Shown: one piece after another, positions 12,545 to 26,290 of the stretch | Numbering within the stretch: position 1 is the first letter of the stretch | Layout of the letters: the number at the start of each line of letters is the position of its first letter | Origin: Callorhinchus milii | Lineage: Eukaryota | Direction of reading: 5' to 3' | Assembly (NCBI RefSeq): GCF_018977255.1 | Contig: NW_024704743.1 | Span: 95,172,001 to 95,236,000 of the forward strand | DNA: 64,000 nucleotides | The notes under the pieces: model-generated | What the model saw: the letters and a program-made list of their open reading frames with translations, nothing else | Told to the model about the DNA's origin: nothing | Databases searched by the model: none | Program-made: the position numbers and the translations under genes

Positions 12545-13075
12545 ATTTTTGGGGACAAAATATCAAGATAGAAAATCAGGTGCACCCATTTGTCCTACTA
12601 ATGGACAACGATTGTAAGTGTTTTATTCTTGTGGGGAGTTAGCATGTCAGAAGAAGTACCATTGTTGCCTAGTCACATTTAATATTTGTATTACTAGAAC
12701 TTACAGCGTTATGTACAAAGTTACTAGAATAGTGCAGTATCTTAAACTGTACTAATAAGAACATAAGAAATTCTAGACAACAAAAAGACCAAGATTGATC
12801 TAATTCGCCTACCTGGTGGTCACTTGCACATATGTGCAGAACTATCTATGTACTAGATCCCATAATATTTTTTCCTAAAAACAAGTATCTAATCTGTTTT
12901 TGAAGGAATCAATATTTCCTGCTTCAACCATCTCCCTAGGGAGCCTGTTCTTCTCAAATATCCTTTTTGTACTGTGGCAACCAGAACTATACAAAGTACT
13001 CTAAGTATGGTCTCACCTATGGTTCATTTAGTGGTAGGATTATCCCACTATTTTGGATTGCTCGTGATCTTTTGA

Positions 13076-14968
13076 ACAACCCCAGGCTTCTGTTTTCTAC
13101 CACATCCCGACTCCTCCGTCCCCCCCGCCACCCCGCGCAGGTCATCTCCTCCAACCTTCACTGCGAGGAGATGCTGGAGATCTTGAATCCAAAATCAAGG
13201 GAATCTGCTCCGTGGTCACTCCCCCTCCAACTTCCACCCACCTCCCACCCCTTCCCTCCCACACTCCGACTCTTACCCATCCTCCCCTACACACCTTCGA
13301 ACCCGTTTCCCCACCCTCTGTTACCAAACTCATCCTATCCCTGAAACCCACCACCTGCTCCCTTGACCCCATCCCCACTCCACTCCTTATCTCTCAGCTC
13401 CACCTCACAAACATTATCAACCTGTCCCTCTCCTCTGGCTCTATTCCCATTCCCCTAAAAACTGCCACCATCACTCCCACTTTGAAAAAACCCTCCCTTG
13501 ATGTGTCGCAGCTATCAAGTTACCGGCCCATCTCCAACCTCCCCTTCCTGTCCAAGGTCCTTGAAAGAGTTGTCACCTCCCAGCTGCGCTCTTTCCTCTC
13601 CACCCATGCATTATTCGAACCCCTTCAGTCGGGTTTCCGTGCTGCCCATAGCACAGAAACCGCCCTGGTCAAGGTCACCAATGACATCTTGACCATCTGC
13701 GACCAGGGCTCCCTCTGCCTCCTCGTCCTCCTCGACCTATCGGCAGCATTCGATACGGTCGACCATGCTATCCTCCTCCACCGCTTGTCCTCCCACCTCA
13801 ACCTTCAAGGCCCTGTCCTTGAGTGGTTTAGGTCGTACCTCTCCCACCGTCTTCATTTTGTTTCCACACACGGCTTTTCCTCCAGTCCCCGCACTGTCCT
13901 CGGGCTCTGTCCTCGGTCCCCTCCTCTTCACCCGCTATATGCTCCCCCTTGGTGACATCATCCGCAGACATGGGGTTAACTTCCACATGTAAACATCACA
14001 CCCAACTCTACCTTTCCTCCTCTACCCTCAACTCCACGACCACCGATGTCCTGACAGCCTGCCTGTCTGACATCGAGTCCTGGACGAGAGACAACTTTCT
14101 TCAGCTCAACGTGCGTAAAACTGAGGCCCTCCTGATTGGCTCACGTCAGCGCCTCCGCACCTCAGGCGCTGACAGCATCAGCATCCAAGGCTGCACTCTC
14201 CACCTCTCAAAGCCAGTCAGGAACTTCGCTGTTCTGTTCGACCCTGAGCTGTCCTTTCTTCCTCATATCCGCGCCACAACTGGCAGCGCCTTCCATCACC
14301 TCCGAAACATCGCCAGACTATGGCAATACCTCACCCCTCACGCTGCTGAAACTCTGGTCCACCTCTTTATCACCTCAAGGCTGGACTATGGGAACTCTCT
14401 CCTCGCCGGCCTTCCCGGCACCTCCCTCCACAAGCTGCAGGTCATTCAGAACTCTGCAGCTCGTGTACTGTCCCGCACCAGGCTTCGCGACCACATCACT
14501 CCCACCCTCGCTCGCCTCCACTGGCTCCCCATCCCCCAGAGGATCGAATTCAAGATCCTCATCCTCACCTACAAGGCCATTCACGGCCTTGCTCCCTCCT
14601 ACCTCTCCGACCTACTATCCCCCTACCTACCTGCCCGTACCCTCCGTTCCTCTGGCTCCGGTCTGCTCCACATCCCCCGCCCCAACCGCCCTACCATCGG
14701 TGGCCGGGCCTTCAGCCTCTCAGCCCCTTGGCTCTGGAACTCCATTACCCAGTGCCTTCACCTTGCTTCCTCCCTTTTCTCCTTCAAGGCCGGTCTCAAG
14801 ACCTTTCTCTTCAACCGTGCCTTCAGTTCCCCTCTCGACACTCTACCCCCTCCTCACTCCCTCCCTTCCCTCCCCTCACCCTGACCATTTCCCCCCTGCT
14901 CGGGTCCTGACCCAACTGTCCAGCGCCTTGTGATGTCCTCCCGACGTGAAAGGCACTTTATAAATGAA
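13076..14968 (+). mobile_element. Young 5'-truncated L2 LINE (RT domain, disrupted)
   Basis: ORFs 13212-13955 ([33 protein letters not shown]) and 13949-14884; YADD destroyed; empty site at ~22900-22920. Confidence 0.92.
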
Positions 14969-15891
14969 ATCCTAACATCTGGTTTGTTTTCCTCACTACC
15001 ACAGAGAATTGTTGTGAGAACTTCAACTTATTATCAATCAGGACCTCCACGTCCTTTTCATTTTCCATACATGTTACTTTCCTTCCATTCAAATAATAGT
15101 CGCTTCCTGGATTTTCTGTCCCATGTGAAATACTTCACATGTTGAATTTCATCTGCTGCTGGTCAGCCCAATTCCCAAGTATATTCAAATCCTCCCGTAA
15201 CCTACGTCGTTCCACTTTGTAATCTACCACCTTCATTAGCTTAATGTCATCTGCAAATTTAGCCATTGTGCTTGGGACTTATACTCCAGATCATTTCTAA
15301 AAATATTAAACAAAATAGGTCCCAAAACAGACACTTGGTGCACTTCACTCTCAAGATTTTCTCAGTCTGATGATATTCTGTGTCCCACGACACTCTGGAT
15401 TCTTCTGGTCAACCACTTATGTATCCATTGAAATATACTTCCACTGATTCCCACTTCCTTTACTTTCAGTACCAGCCTCTCAAGAGAAACTGTATCAAAG
15501 GCCTTACTGAAATCCAAACATGCAACATCCACAGCCTTAGCCTTATCAAGCCCCCTTGTCACACCATCAAAGAAACCCAGTAAATTAGATTGTCAAGATC
15601 CCCCCATCATATGCCCATATTAGCTATCATTTATGAATTTATTTCCATCCAGGCATTCCATGATTTTATCCTTAATAAGAGGCTCCAGAATTTTACCCAC
15701 AATGGATGTCAAGCTTACGAGTCTGTTGCTTGCTGGATCACTTTTGTTATGATTTGTTCCAAGGATCACACTTAGTGAGAGGTGGGCTCAGATAGCATTA
15801 GGTTGAGAAGAACAGAAACGTTTTTGTCTTGCCACACCAGTGTGTCTTAAGATTTGGTGTCCTGGGCTTCTGCAGGCTTCTGAATGTGAGA

Positions 15892-15964
15892 GGGGAATTA
15901 ACTCAAATGGTAGAGCACTCGCTTTGCATATGAGAGGTAGCGGGATCGATGCCCACATTCTCCA
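15892..15964 (+). pseudogene. tRNA-Ala(TGC), 3 stem substitutions
   Basis: G10A, anticodon-stem and T-stem mismatches. Confidence 0.7.
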
Positions 15965-16132
15965 GTGTAGTTTTCTATCTATTCAATGCTGCACTTCAAG
16001 GAAAATATTGAACATTGTGTCCTCAAGATGCAAAGGAGGAAGAATATGTCCTGAACATGGTGCTCAAATGCAACGTAAGAGCATTTTACTGAGTTTCTGG
16101 ATTGAGAATCAAGTGAGTAATTTGCAAAAGTT

Positions 16133-16205
16133 TGCCCTCTCTGAGGACTGAACTCAGGACCTTCAGATTATGAGACTGATGCGCTGCCTACTGCGCTAAG
16201 AAGGC
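16133..16205 (-). tRNA. tRNA-Met(CAT), 2 substitutions (A58G; possibly non-functional)
   Basis: Full length versus consensus. Confidence 0.65.
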
Positions 16206-16314
16206 ACTGAGTGCAGCCATTTGCAGTCATAATTATACCATCATTTTTTACAAGTAGCACGATTGCAAATGAATAGCAAATTTGTTTTTAAGTTTTGCTG
16301 TCCTGGTGCTGGTT

Positions 16315-16407
16315 CCTTCGATAGCTCAGCTGGTAGAGCGAAGGACTGTAGTGGGAATGCACAAACAAGTCATCCTTAGTTCGCTGGTTCAATTCCAGCT
16401 CGAAGGA
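16315..16407 (+). tRNA. tRNA-Tyr(GTA) with intron, 3 substitutions
   Basis: Full length; T-stem mismatch. Confidence 0.6.
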
Positions 16408-17441
16408 ATTTTGAGCGACAAAAATATCATGCTAGAGAATTGCATGCAAGCATTTGTGCTCCTCATGGACAACATTTACGGAGCCTTTTCTCTTGAGGGG
16501 ATTACAGCGTATGAGAAGTAGGACCATTGTTGTCTAGTCACATTTATTGTTTGTCTTGCTGGAAGCTGCAAAGTATTTTACAAAGTTACTTGACAACAAC
16601 AACGACAAAATTACATATATAGAGCGCCTTTCACGTCGGGAGGAATACAATAATTCACTTTTGTAATTTCTGATCAAAAAGGCTGGATAATATCATTGTT
16701 TTCATCCACCAAACATTGGTAAAATATTTGATTCATAACCTGAATAAATAATCAAATGATATGAGAAAATATGTCTTTATGTTAAATCAGATGAAATCAG
16801 CACAAAGGAATCAAAGTTACATGTTTGGAGGATCAAACTGAGTGAGTTGTGAGCTGGAGATGGTCTCAGGTAGGGTATAAAAATCAACAACTTGCATTTA
16901 TGTAGAGCTCCTTCACACTTGTGCTTGATACTCAAGCTAGATAATCAAACTCAAACATTTGCCCTCCTCAGTGACAACCATTGCAGCTGGTTTATCCTTG
17001 TGGGCAGTACAGTGTTTGAGAAGTAGTATGGTTCTTGTCTAGCCAGATTTTTGGTTTCTATTGCAGGGAGTTACAAAGTTTCTTGCGAAGTTACTGAAAT
17101 ACAGTAATTTATTGTTAGGTTTTCTGTTGATGGGCTGAACAATATCACTGGATTTCCAACACTGAAAACAATACTTCAATATTTGTGATGTTATTAAAAA
17201 AGAAATCAGAAACTGACTTAAACATTGTCACATAATATGAGCAAATGATATTTAAGTGTTGAATCAGATAAAATCAATTCAAAGTAAGCAACGTTATCTG
17301 TTCTGAGGAAGAGGCTAAGGCTGATGTCGGATGGAGAGGAGAGTAGTCAACATTGATTTGAGGAGAAACGTTTTTCCCTTGCCACATCAGTGCATCTTAA
17401 GGTTTGGTGTATCAGTGTACTACAGTCTTGTGAGAGTGAGA

Positions 17442-17514
17442 GGGGAATTAGCTCAAATGGTAGAGCGTTCGCTTAGCATGTGAGAGGTGGCGGGATCAAT
17501 GCCCGCATTCTCCA
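17442..17514 (+). tRNA. tRNA-Ala(AGC), 3 substitutions
   Basis: Cloverleaf retained with wobble. Confidence 0.7.
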
Positions 17515-17811
17515 GTGTAGTTTTCCATCTGTTCATTGATGCAAAACAAGGAAAATATTGAACATTGTGTAGGATTAAAAAAACTGAAATTCTAACCTAA
17601 ACACATCATCAAATAATATGAGAAAATATTAGTGAGTGTTGAATTAGAATCTGTACAAAGGACTCCAAGTTCCCTGTTCTAAGGATCACACTTAGTGAGA
17701 GGTGGGCTAAAATTACAATAGGTTGAGAAGAACAGAAACGTTTTTGTCTTATCACATCAATGCATCTTAAGATTTGGTGTGCTAGGCTTCTGGAGGATTG
17801 TGAATGTGAGA

Positions 17812-17884
17812 GGGGAATTAGCTCAGATGGTAGAGCACTCGCTTTGCATGTGAGAGGTAGCGGGATCGATGCCCGCATTCTCCA
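17812..17884 (+). tRNA. tRNA-Ala(TGC), near-intact
   Basis: One D-loop change versus 3887. Confidence 0.85.
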
Positions 17885-18030
17885 GTGTAGTTTTCCATCT
17901 GTTCATTGCTGCAAAATAAGGATAATATTGAACATTGTGTCCTGCAGCCTGAACATGGTGGTCAAATGGTGCGTGAGAACATTTTACTGTGTGGGCAGAA
18001 TGAGAATAAAGGGAGCAATTTGCAAGAGTT

Positions 18031-18103
18031 TGCCGTCTCTGAGGATCAGTCTCAGGAGCTTCAGATTGTGAGACTGACATGCTGCCTACTGCACCAAGAA
18101 GGC
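18031..18103 (-). pseudogene. tRNA-Met-derived pseudogene (anticodon CAC)
   Basis: Many substitutions; anticodon loop CTCACAA. Confidence 0.65.
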
Positions 18104-18213
18104 ACAGAGTGGAGGCTTTTAGAGATGTAAGTATCACCATCATTTTTCACAATTAGCCCAATTGCAAATTAATAGGAAATTTGTGATAAAGCTTTGCTGA
18201 CCTGGTGCTGGTA

Positions 18214-18306
18214 GCTTCGATAGCTCAGCTAGTAGAGCAGAGGACTGTAATGGAAATGCACAAGCAAGTCGTCCTTAGGTTGATGATTCAATTTCAGCTC
18301 AAAGGA
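18214..18306 (+). pseudogene. tRNA-Tyr, degenerate
   Basis: Multiple substitutions. Confidence 0.65.
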
Positions 18307-18764
18307 TGTTTGGGGGACAAAATTATCAAGCTAGAGATTCACATGCAAACATTTGTCCTCCTCATGGACAACCATTATGGCTGCTTTATTCTTGTGGAAA
18401 GTACAGCATGTGAGAAGTAGCACCATTGTTTCACTTTTTGGTTTTCTGTTGATGGGCTGGACAATATCATTGTATTTTCAACACTGAAAACAATGCTACA
18501 ATATTTGTGATGTTGTTGAAAAAGGAAATTAGAAACTCACTTGAACATAGTCGCATGATATGAACAAATGATATTTAAGTGTTGAATCAAATAAAATCAG
18601 TATAAAGTAAGCAATGTTATCTGTTCTGAGGAAGAGGCTAAGGCTGATGCCGGGTGGAGAGCATAGAAGACGGCATTGATTTGAGGAGAAATGCTTTTCC
18701 CTTGACACATCAGTGCATCTTAAGATTTGGTGTTTTGGCGTACTAGAGTCTTGTGAGTGTGAGT

Positions 18765-18882
18765 GAGGAATTAGCTCAAATGGTAGAGCACTCGCTTAGC
18801 AAATGAGTTTGCCGTCACTGAGGATCAATCTCAGGACCTTCAGGTTATGAGACTGACGTGCTGCCTACTGTGCTAAGAAGGC
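18765..18882. pseudogene. tRNA-Ala 5' half (+, 18765-18801) fused to degenerate tRNA-Met (-, 18810-18882)
   Basis: Ala 3' half and spacer deleted. Confidence 0.7.
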
Positions 18883-19152
18883 ACTGAGTGCAATCTTTTG
18901 CAGTCGGAACACTCACCAACAATCACCAAGTGGGACGATTACAAATGAAGAGCAAATTTGTGAAAAGGGTTTTTACAAAGTAGATGAAATCAGATGAAAT
19001 CAGTGCAAAGTAAATAACATTACCTGTTGTGAGGAATAGGCTGAGGCTGATGTGGGGTAGAGAGGGGACCAGGTATCTTTGTTTGGAGGAGGAACATTTT
19101 TGTCTTGCATCTTCAGATGTGGTGTGTCACTTACTGGAGGTTTTTGTGTGAG

Positions 19153-19225
19153 ATGGAATTAGCTCAAATGGTAGAGTGCTCGCTTAGCATGTGAGAGGTA
19201 CTGGGGTTGAAGCCTGGATTGTCCA
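19153..19225 (+). pseudogene. tRNA-Ala(AGC), degenerate
   Basis: Acceptor and T-arm decayed. Confidence 0.65.
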
Positions 19226-20759
19226 GTGTAGTTTTCCATCTGCTCCTTGCTGCACAATAAGGAAAATATTGAACATTCCCCTTATCCCTACTCTCTGTCA
19301 CTTGCCTCACAACCAAGCCATGTCACAAGGTTACCTCCGATTCAATGCTCTTCCTTTTTTGCTAACTTCATGAAAAGTTCTTCTGAGAGTCCATATAGAC
19401 AACATTCATAGAGATTCTCTTATCCGCCATGTTAATGACCTCCTTAAAAAATTCAACTAGATTTGTCAGGTATGACCTAATCTTCACAAATCGAACTGAT
19501 TCACTTTGACCACAAATCCATGCTGACTCTACTTGATTGAGCACCCTGGGACGTTCTCCTGATGTGAAAGGCGCTATACAAATGTAATTTTGTATTTTAT
19601 TTTGCATGGTATCATACTTGTCCAGGTGCTCAGGCACTCTGTCCCTGATGATGAAAAAATGTTTGCAAAATGATTGCTTGAAGGCTTAGTTGAGGAAGGG
19701 CAGGAGGGGGCTCATGTGGAGCATAAACACCAGTTAGGCTGAATGGCCTCTTTCTGTGCTCTCTTATGTCGAACTGAAGCATCATTTCCTGTTCATTGTA
19801 TTCGAGTCCCTTGATATAGAGAGAAACATCCCATTAGCTTTTCGATTTACCTTTTATAACTGTGAACTACATCTTAGTGGTTTATATACATGAACAAATT
19901 CAAAATACTTGTTGCTCCCAATTCCTAGTTTGTCATCATGAAAAAAATATTCTGTTTTATCCTTCCTGGATCCATAATGGGTGACCTCACACTTTCGCAA
20001 TTTTGCCCACTCACATAATCTGCCTATTTCCTTTAATAACCTCCTGCTTCCTTCTACAACACAATACGAAATTAGATTTGTAAAAGCGCATTTCACATTG
20101 GGAAGACGTCCCAAGGCACCAAACAATCAGGGATGAGTGGGTGGGGGAGGGGTTGTGATGAATGAGAGTGGAGGGCAGTGGAGTGGCTGAAGGCATGGTG
20201 GAAAAGTACGGTCTTGAGGTGTGCCTTGAAGGAGGCAAGGGAGGGAGCACGGTGAAGAGAATGTCGGATGGAGTTCCAGAGGGTGGCAGCAGTGAGGCTG
20301 AATGTCTGAACATCAATGGCAGGTTGGGGACATGGAGCAGGCCGGAACCTGCTGAGCGGAGGGGCAAGCAGGTTGATTAGGGATTAGCAGGTCTGAGAGA
20401 TAGGAGGGGACAAGGCCGTGGAGGGCCTTGAAGGTGAGGATTAGAATTTGAGCTCAATCATCTGAGGGAATATCTATGGATGTTGTCTCCATATAGACAA
20501 CATCCACAGACATTCTCTTATCCAACATGTGGGTGACCTCCACAAAAAATTCAACAGATTTGTCAGATATGATCTAACTTTAACAAATCCACGCTGACTC
20601 TCTTTGATCACAAATCCATGCTGATTCTCTTTGATCACAAATCCATGCTGACTTTCTTTGATCCAATGCCTTGGGACATCCTAACAACGTGAAAGGAACT
20701 ATACAAATTAGGATTTTCCAAGTGCTCCAGTGACTGATAGAAAAATGATTGCAAAAGTT

Positions 20760-20832
20760 TGCCTTCTTTGAACATTAAGATCAGTACCTTCAGATTATGA
20801 CACTAAGACTCTGCCTACTGCGCTAAGAAGGC
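20760..20832 (-). pseudogene. tRNA-Met, degenerate
   Basis: Shares lesions with 12273-12345. Confidence 0.65.
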
Positions 20833-20942
20833 ACTGAGTGCAGCCAGTTGCAGCCGTAACTATCACCATCATTTTTAACAAGTAACACAATTGCAAATGA
20901 AGAACAAGTTTGTGAAAAAGCTTCACAGGCATCATGTTGTGA

Positions 20943-21035
20943 CCTTCGATAGCTCAGCTGGTAGAGCGGAGGACTGTAGTGGGAATGCACAATTAAGTCA
21001 TCCTTAGGTCGCTGGTTCAATTCCGGCTCGAAGGA
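20943..21035 (+). tRNA. tRNA-Tyr(GTA), intact, 20-nt intron
   Basis: Canonical vertebrate exons; T-run terminator. Confidence 0.92.
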
Positions 21036-21496
21036 ATTTTTGGGGACAAAATATCAAGACAGAAAATCAGGCACATCCACTTGTCCTCCTCATGGGCAAA
21101 CGTTGTTGGTGTTTTATTCTTGTGGGGAGTTAGCATGTCAGAAGCAGCACCATTGTTGCCTAGTCACATTTAATATTTGTATTACTCGGACTTACAGCGT
21201 TAAATACAAAGTTACTGGAATAGTGTAGTACACTTTTATCTTAAACTGTACTAATAAAAACATAAGAAATTCTAGATAAAAAAAAGACCAAGATCGATCT
21301 AATTTGCCTTCCACCTACCTGGTGGTCACTTGCACATCTGTGCAGAACTATCTATGTATTAGATCCCATAATATTTTTTCATAAAAACAAGTTTCTAATC
21401 TGTTTTTGAAGAAATCAATATTTCCTGCTTCAACCAACTCCCTAGTGAGCCTGTTCTTCTCAAATATCTTCTTTGTACTGTGGCAACAAGAACTAT

Positions 21497-22822
21497 AACA
21501 TAACATAACATGTAGGAGCAGGAGTAGGCCATTTGGCCTTTCAAGTCTGCCTCGCCAGTCAATCATGGCTGATCTTCTAATCTAACTCCAGCTAATACCA
21601 TAACCCAGCCTTATCCCCATATCCCTTAATCCCTTTTGCAATAAGAAATCTATCTATCTCAGTCTTGAATATGTTCAAGGGCTGAGTGCCAACAGCCCTT
21701 TGGGGTAGCGAGTTCCATACATTCACCACCCTTTGAGTGAAGAAGTTCTTCCTCAACTCAGTGCAAAAGGGCTGGCCTCTGATTTTAAGGTTGTGACCCC
21801 TGGTTTTAGTTTCTCCAACCAGGGGAAACAATCTCCCACTATCTACTCTATCATGCCCTTTGATGATCTTATAGGTTTCTATAAGATCCCCTCTAATTCT
21901 TCTATATTCTAGAGAATATAGGTCCAAATTGGTCAGCCTATCCTCGTAACTCATCCCCTTCATCCCTGGTACTAACCTAGTAAATCTACGCCGCACCCCC
22001 TCCAAGGCAAGTACATCCTTCCTTAAATAAAGTGACCAAAACTGCACACAGTATTCCAGGTGTGGTCTCACCAGCGCCCTATACAGTTGCAGCAAGACTT
22101 CCCTACTCTTATATTCTAATCCTTTCATAATGAAAGCTAACATACCGTTCGCCTTCCTAATTGCTGCTGCACCTGCAGACTAACTTTCTGTGATTGATGT
22201 ACAAGGACACCCAAGTCCCTCTGGACGCTAACACCTTCCTATCCCTCCCCTTCTAAAACATAACCCGCTCTACTGTTTTTGCTCCCTAGGTGGATGACTT
22301 TGCACTTCCCTACATTATACTTCATCTGCCACCTACCTGCCCAATCACCTAACCTATCTATGTCGCGCTGCATTTTTGTAATGTCATCCTCTGTGTTGAC
22401 ACTTCCTCCTAGTTTTGTGTCATCCGCGAATTTAGATATATTACTTTCAATGTCCTCATCTAAATCGTTGATGTAGATGGTAAATAGCTGAGGCCCAAGG
22501 ACTGATCCTTGTGGCACTCCACTAGTCACATCCCACCATTAGAAAAGGACCCGCTTATCCCTACTATTTGTTTCCTACCCATTAACCATTCCCCAATCCA
22601 TGTTAATATACTCCCCCCAATTCTGTGGGCCCCTAGCTTTTGGTCTAACTTTTTATCCTGCACCTTATCGAATGCCTTCTGGAAGTCTAAATAGACCACA
22701 TCCACTGATTCACCCTAATCTAATTTACACGAAATATCCTCAAAAAATTCTATGAGATTTGTCAAACATGACTTCCCTTTTGTAAAGCCATGTCGAGTTG
22801 GCCTAATTATATCATGCTCCCC
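21497..22822 (-). mobile_element. Young 5'-truncated CR1 LINE nested in old CR1
   Basis: ORFs 22239-22529 ([13 protein letters not shown]...KFADDTKL) and 21592-22143 (LYRALVRPHLEYCVQFW...FFTQRVVNVWNSLP); (AACAT)n tail; empty site at ~12980-13000. Confidence 0.92.
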
Positions 22823-23834
22823 TACAAAGTACTCTAAGTATGGTCTCACCTGTGTTTCATATAGTGGCAGGATTATCCCATTATTTCGGATTGCTCATGA
22901 TCTTTTGATACATCCTAACATCTGGTTTGCTTTTCTCACTGCCACAGAGAATTGCTGTGAGAACTTCAATTTATTATCAATCAGGACCTCCATATCCTTT
23001 TAATTTTCCATACATGTTATTTTCCTTCCATTCAAATAATAGTCGCTTCCTGGATTTTCTGTCACTTATGAAATATTTTACATGTTGAGTTTCATCTGCC
23101 GCTGGTCAGCCCAATTCCCAAGTATGTTCAAATCCTCCTGTAACCTATGTCGTTCCACTTTGTAATCTACCACCTTACTCAGCTTGGTGTCATCTGCAAA
23201 TTTAGTCATTGTGCTTGGGACTTATACGCCAGATCATTTCTAAACATATTAAACAAAATAGTTCCCAAAATAGACCCTTGTGGAAGTCCACTCTTTATAT
23301 TTTCTCAGTCTGATGATATTCTGTGTCCCACGACACTCTGCATTCTTCTGGTCAACCACTTATGTATCCATTGTAGTATACTTCCACTGATTCCCACTTC
23401 CTTTACTTTCAGTACCAGCCTCTCAAGAGAAACTGTATCAAAGGCCTTACTGAAATCCAAACATGCAACATCCACAGCCTTAGCCTTATCAAGCTCCCTT
23501 GTCACACCATCAAAGAAACCCAGTAAATTAGATTGTCAAGATCTCCCCATCATATGCCCATATTGGCTATCAGTTATGAATTTATTTCCATCCAGGTATT
23601 CCATGATTTTATCCTTAATAAGAGGCTCCAGAATTTTACCCACAATGGATGTCAAGCTTACGAGTCTGTTGCTTGCTGGATCACTTTTGTTATGATTTGT
23701 TCCAAGGATCACACTTAGTGAGAGGTGGGCTCAGATAGCATTAGGTTGAGAAGAACAGAAACATTTTTGTCTTGCCACACCAGTGCATCTTAAGACTTGG
23801 TGTGCTGGGCTACTGCAGGCTTCTGAATGTGAGA

Positions 23835-23907
23835 GGGGAATTAGCTCAAATGGTAGAGCACTCGCTTTGCATGTGAGAGGTAGCGGGATCGATGCCCGCA
23901 TTCTCCA
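23835..23907 (+). tRNA. tRNA-Ala(TGC), intact
   Basis: Identical to 3887-3959. Confidence 0.9.
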
Positions 23908-24075
23908 GTGTAGTTTTCCATCTATTCATTGCTGCACTTCAAGGAAAATATTGAACATTGTTTCCTGAAGATGCAAAGGAGGAAGAATATGGCCTGAACA
24001 TGGTGGTCAAATGCAATGTAAGAGCATTTTACTGAGTTTCTGGAATGAGAATCAAGTGAGTAATTTGCAAAAGTT

Positions 24076-24148
24076 TTCCCTCTCTGAGGATTGAACTCAG
24101 GACCTTCAGATTATGAGACTGACGTGCTGCCTTCTGCGCTAAGAAGGC
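24076..24148 (-). pseudogene. tRNA-Met(CAT), 3 substitutions
   Basis: 1:72 pair and D-stem broken. Confidence 0.65.
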
Positions 24149-24258
24149 ACTGAGTGCAGCCATCTACAGCCGTAACCTTCACTATAATTTTTTACCAGTA
24201 GTTCAATTGCAAATGAATAGCAATTTTGAGATAAAGCTTTGCCGTCCTGTTTCTGGGA

Positions 24259-24351
24259 CCTTCGATAGCTCAGCTGGTAGAGCGGATGACTGCAGTGGGA
24301 ATGCACAATCAAGTCAACTTTAGGTCACTGGTTCATTTCCGGCTGGAAGGA
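24259..24351 (+). pseudogene. tRNA-Tyr-derived pseudogene (anticodon GCA)
   Basis: GACTGCAG; anticodon stem broken. Confidence 0.65.
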
Positions 24352-25359
24352 ATATTGGCGAACAAAAATATCAACCTAGAGAATCACACGCAAACATTTG
24401 TCCTCCTCATGCACAACCATTATGGATGTTTTTTCTTGTGGTGTGTACAGCATGTGAGAAGTAGCACAATTGTTGTCTAGTCAGATTGATTATTTGTATT
24501 GCTGGAAGTTGCAAAGTATTTTTACAAAGTTACTTGAGTACAATAATTCACTTTTGTAATTTCTGATCAAAGGGCTTGAAAATATCACTCTTTTAATCCA
24601 CCAAACATTGGTAGAGTATTTGAAATGTTTAATTAATAAAAAGTAGACTTTCTATCCTGAATAAATAATCAAATGATATGAAAAAATATGTGTTAGTGTT
24701 AAATCAGATCAAACCAGTACAAAGGAATCAAGGTTACGTGTTCTGAGGATCACACTCAGTTAGAAGTGGGCTAGAGAGGGGCTCAGGTAGAGTACAAAAT
24801 ATCAACAACAACTTGCATTTATGTAACGCCCCATCATGTAGGGCTCCGTCTTGGAGTGCATGATATTCATGTTGGATAATCACAAGCAAACATTTGTCCT
24901 CCTCAGGGTTAACTTTTGCAGGTGCTTTATTCTTGTGCGGAGTACAGTGAGAAGTATGATGGTTGTTCTCTAGCCAGAATTTTCATTTGTATTGTTGGTA
25001 GTCAGAAAGTTAGTTGCGAAGTTACCGAAATACAGTAATTTGCTTTTAGGTTTTCTGTTGATGGGCTGGACAATATTGTATTTCCAACACTGAAAACAAT
25101 GCTACAATATTTTTTGATGTTGTTGAAAAAGAAATTAGAAACTAACTTGAATATGGTCACAAAATATCAGCAAATGATATTTTAGTGTTGAATCAGACAA
25201 AATCAATACAAAGTAAACAACATTAACTGTTCTGAGGAAGAGGCTGAGGCTGATGTTCGGTAGAGAGCAGAGCAGACAGCATTGATTTGAGGAAAAATGT
25301 TTTTCCCTTGCCACATCAGTGTATCTTAAGATTTGGTGTGTCGGCTTGTGAGTGTGTGA

Positions 25360-25432
25360 GGGGAATTAGCTCAAATGGTAGAGCGCTCGCTTAGCATGTG
25401 AGAGGTAGCGGGATCGATGCCCGCATTCTCCA
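25360..25432 (+). tRNA. tRNA-Ala(AGC), intact
   Basis: GGGGAATTAGCTCAAATGGTAGAGCGCTCGCTTAGCATGTGAGAGGTAGCGGGATCGATGCCCGCATTCTCCA. Confidence 0.92.
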
Positions 25433-25579
25433 GTGTAGTTTTCCATCTGTACATTACTGCACTACAAGGAAAATATTGAACACTGTGTTCCTGCAGCCTG
25501 AACATGGTGGTCAAATGGTGTGTGAGAACATTTTACTATGTGGGCAGAATGAGAATAAAGGGAAGAATTTGCAAAAGTT

Positions 25580-25859
25580 TGCACTCTCTGAAGATCAAAC
25601 TCAGGATCTTCAGATTATGAGACTAATTATGAGTGCTGTCTACTGCACTAAGAAGGCATTAAATCCATCTTTTGAAGCAGTAACTATCACAATCATTTTT
25701 CACAAGTGGCACGATTGCTAATGAAGAGCAATTTTGTGAAAACGCTTTGCAGGCCTGGTGTTTTGAGCTTTGAAAGCTCAGCTGGTAGAGCGGAGGACTG
25801 TAGTGGGAATATAAAACCATGTCATTGTTAGGTCGCTAGTTGAAGTCCGGCTCGACTGA
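25580..25859. pseudogene. Degenerate tRNA-Met (-, 25580-25657) and tRNA-Tyr (+, 25767-25859)
   Basis: Module position and partial matches. Confidence 0.6.
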
Positions 25860-26217
25860 ATTTTCGGGACGAAAATATCAAGCTAGAGAATCAGAAGCAT
25901 ACATTTACCCTCCTCATGTTTTATATTTGTTGGGATTACAGAACATGAGAAGTAGCACCATCGTTGTCTTGTCATATTGTTTTTATTGCTGGAATTTGCA
26001 AAGTTTTTTCAAAAGTAACTGGAAAAAAGTAATTCAGATAAAATCAGCGCAAAATGAACAAGATAACCTGTTGTGAAGAAGAGGCTGAGGCTGATGTGGG
26101 GTGGAAAAGAGATTAGATTAGATTAGAGATTAGATAGCTTTGATTGGAGGAGAAACGTTTTTGTCTTGTATCTTCAGATGTGGTGTGTCACCCTACTGGA
26201 AGCTTTTGAGTGTGAGA

Positions 26218-26290
26218 TGGGAATTAGCTCAAATGGTAGAGTGCTCGCTCAGCACGTGAGAGGTAGTGGGATTCAAGCCCAGATTCTCCA
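26218..26290 (+). pseudogene. tRNA-Ala, degenerate
   Basis: Paralog of 19153. Confidence 0.65.
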
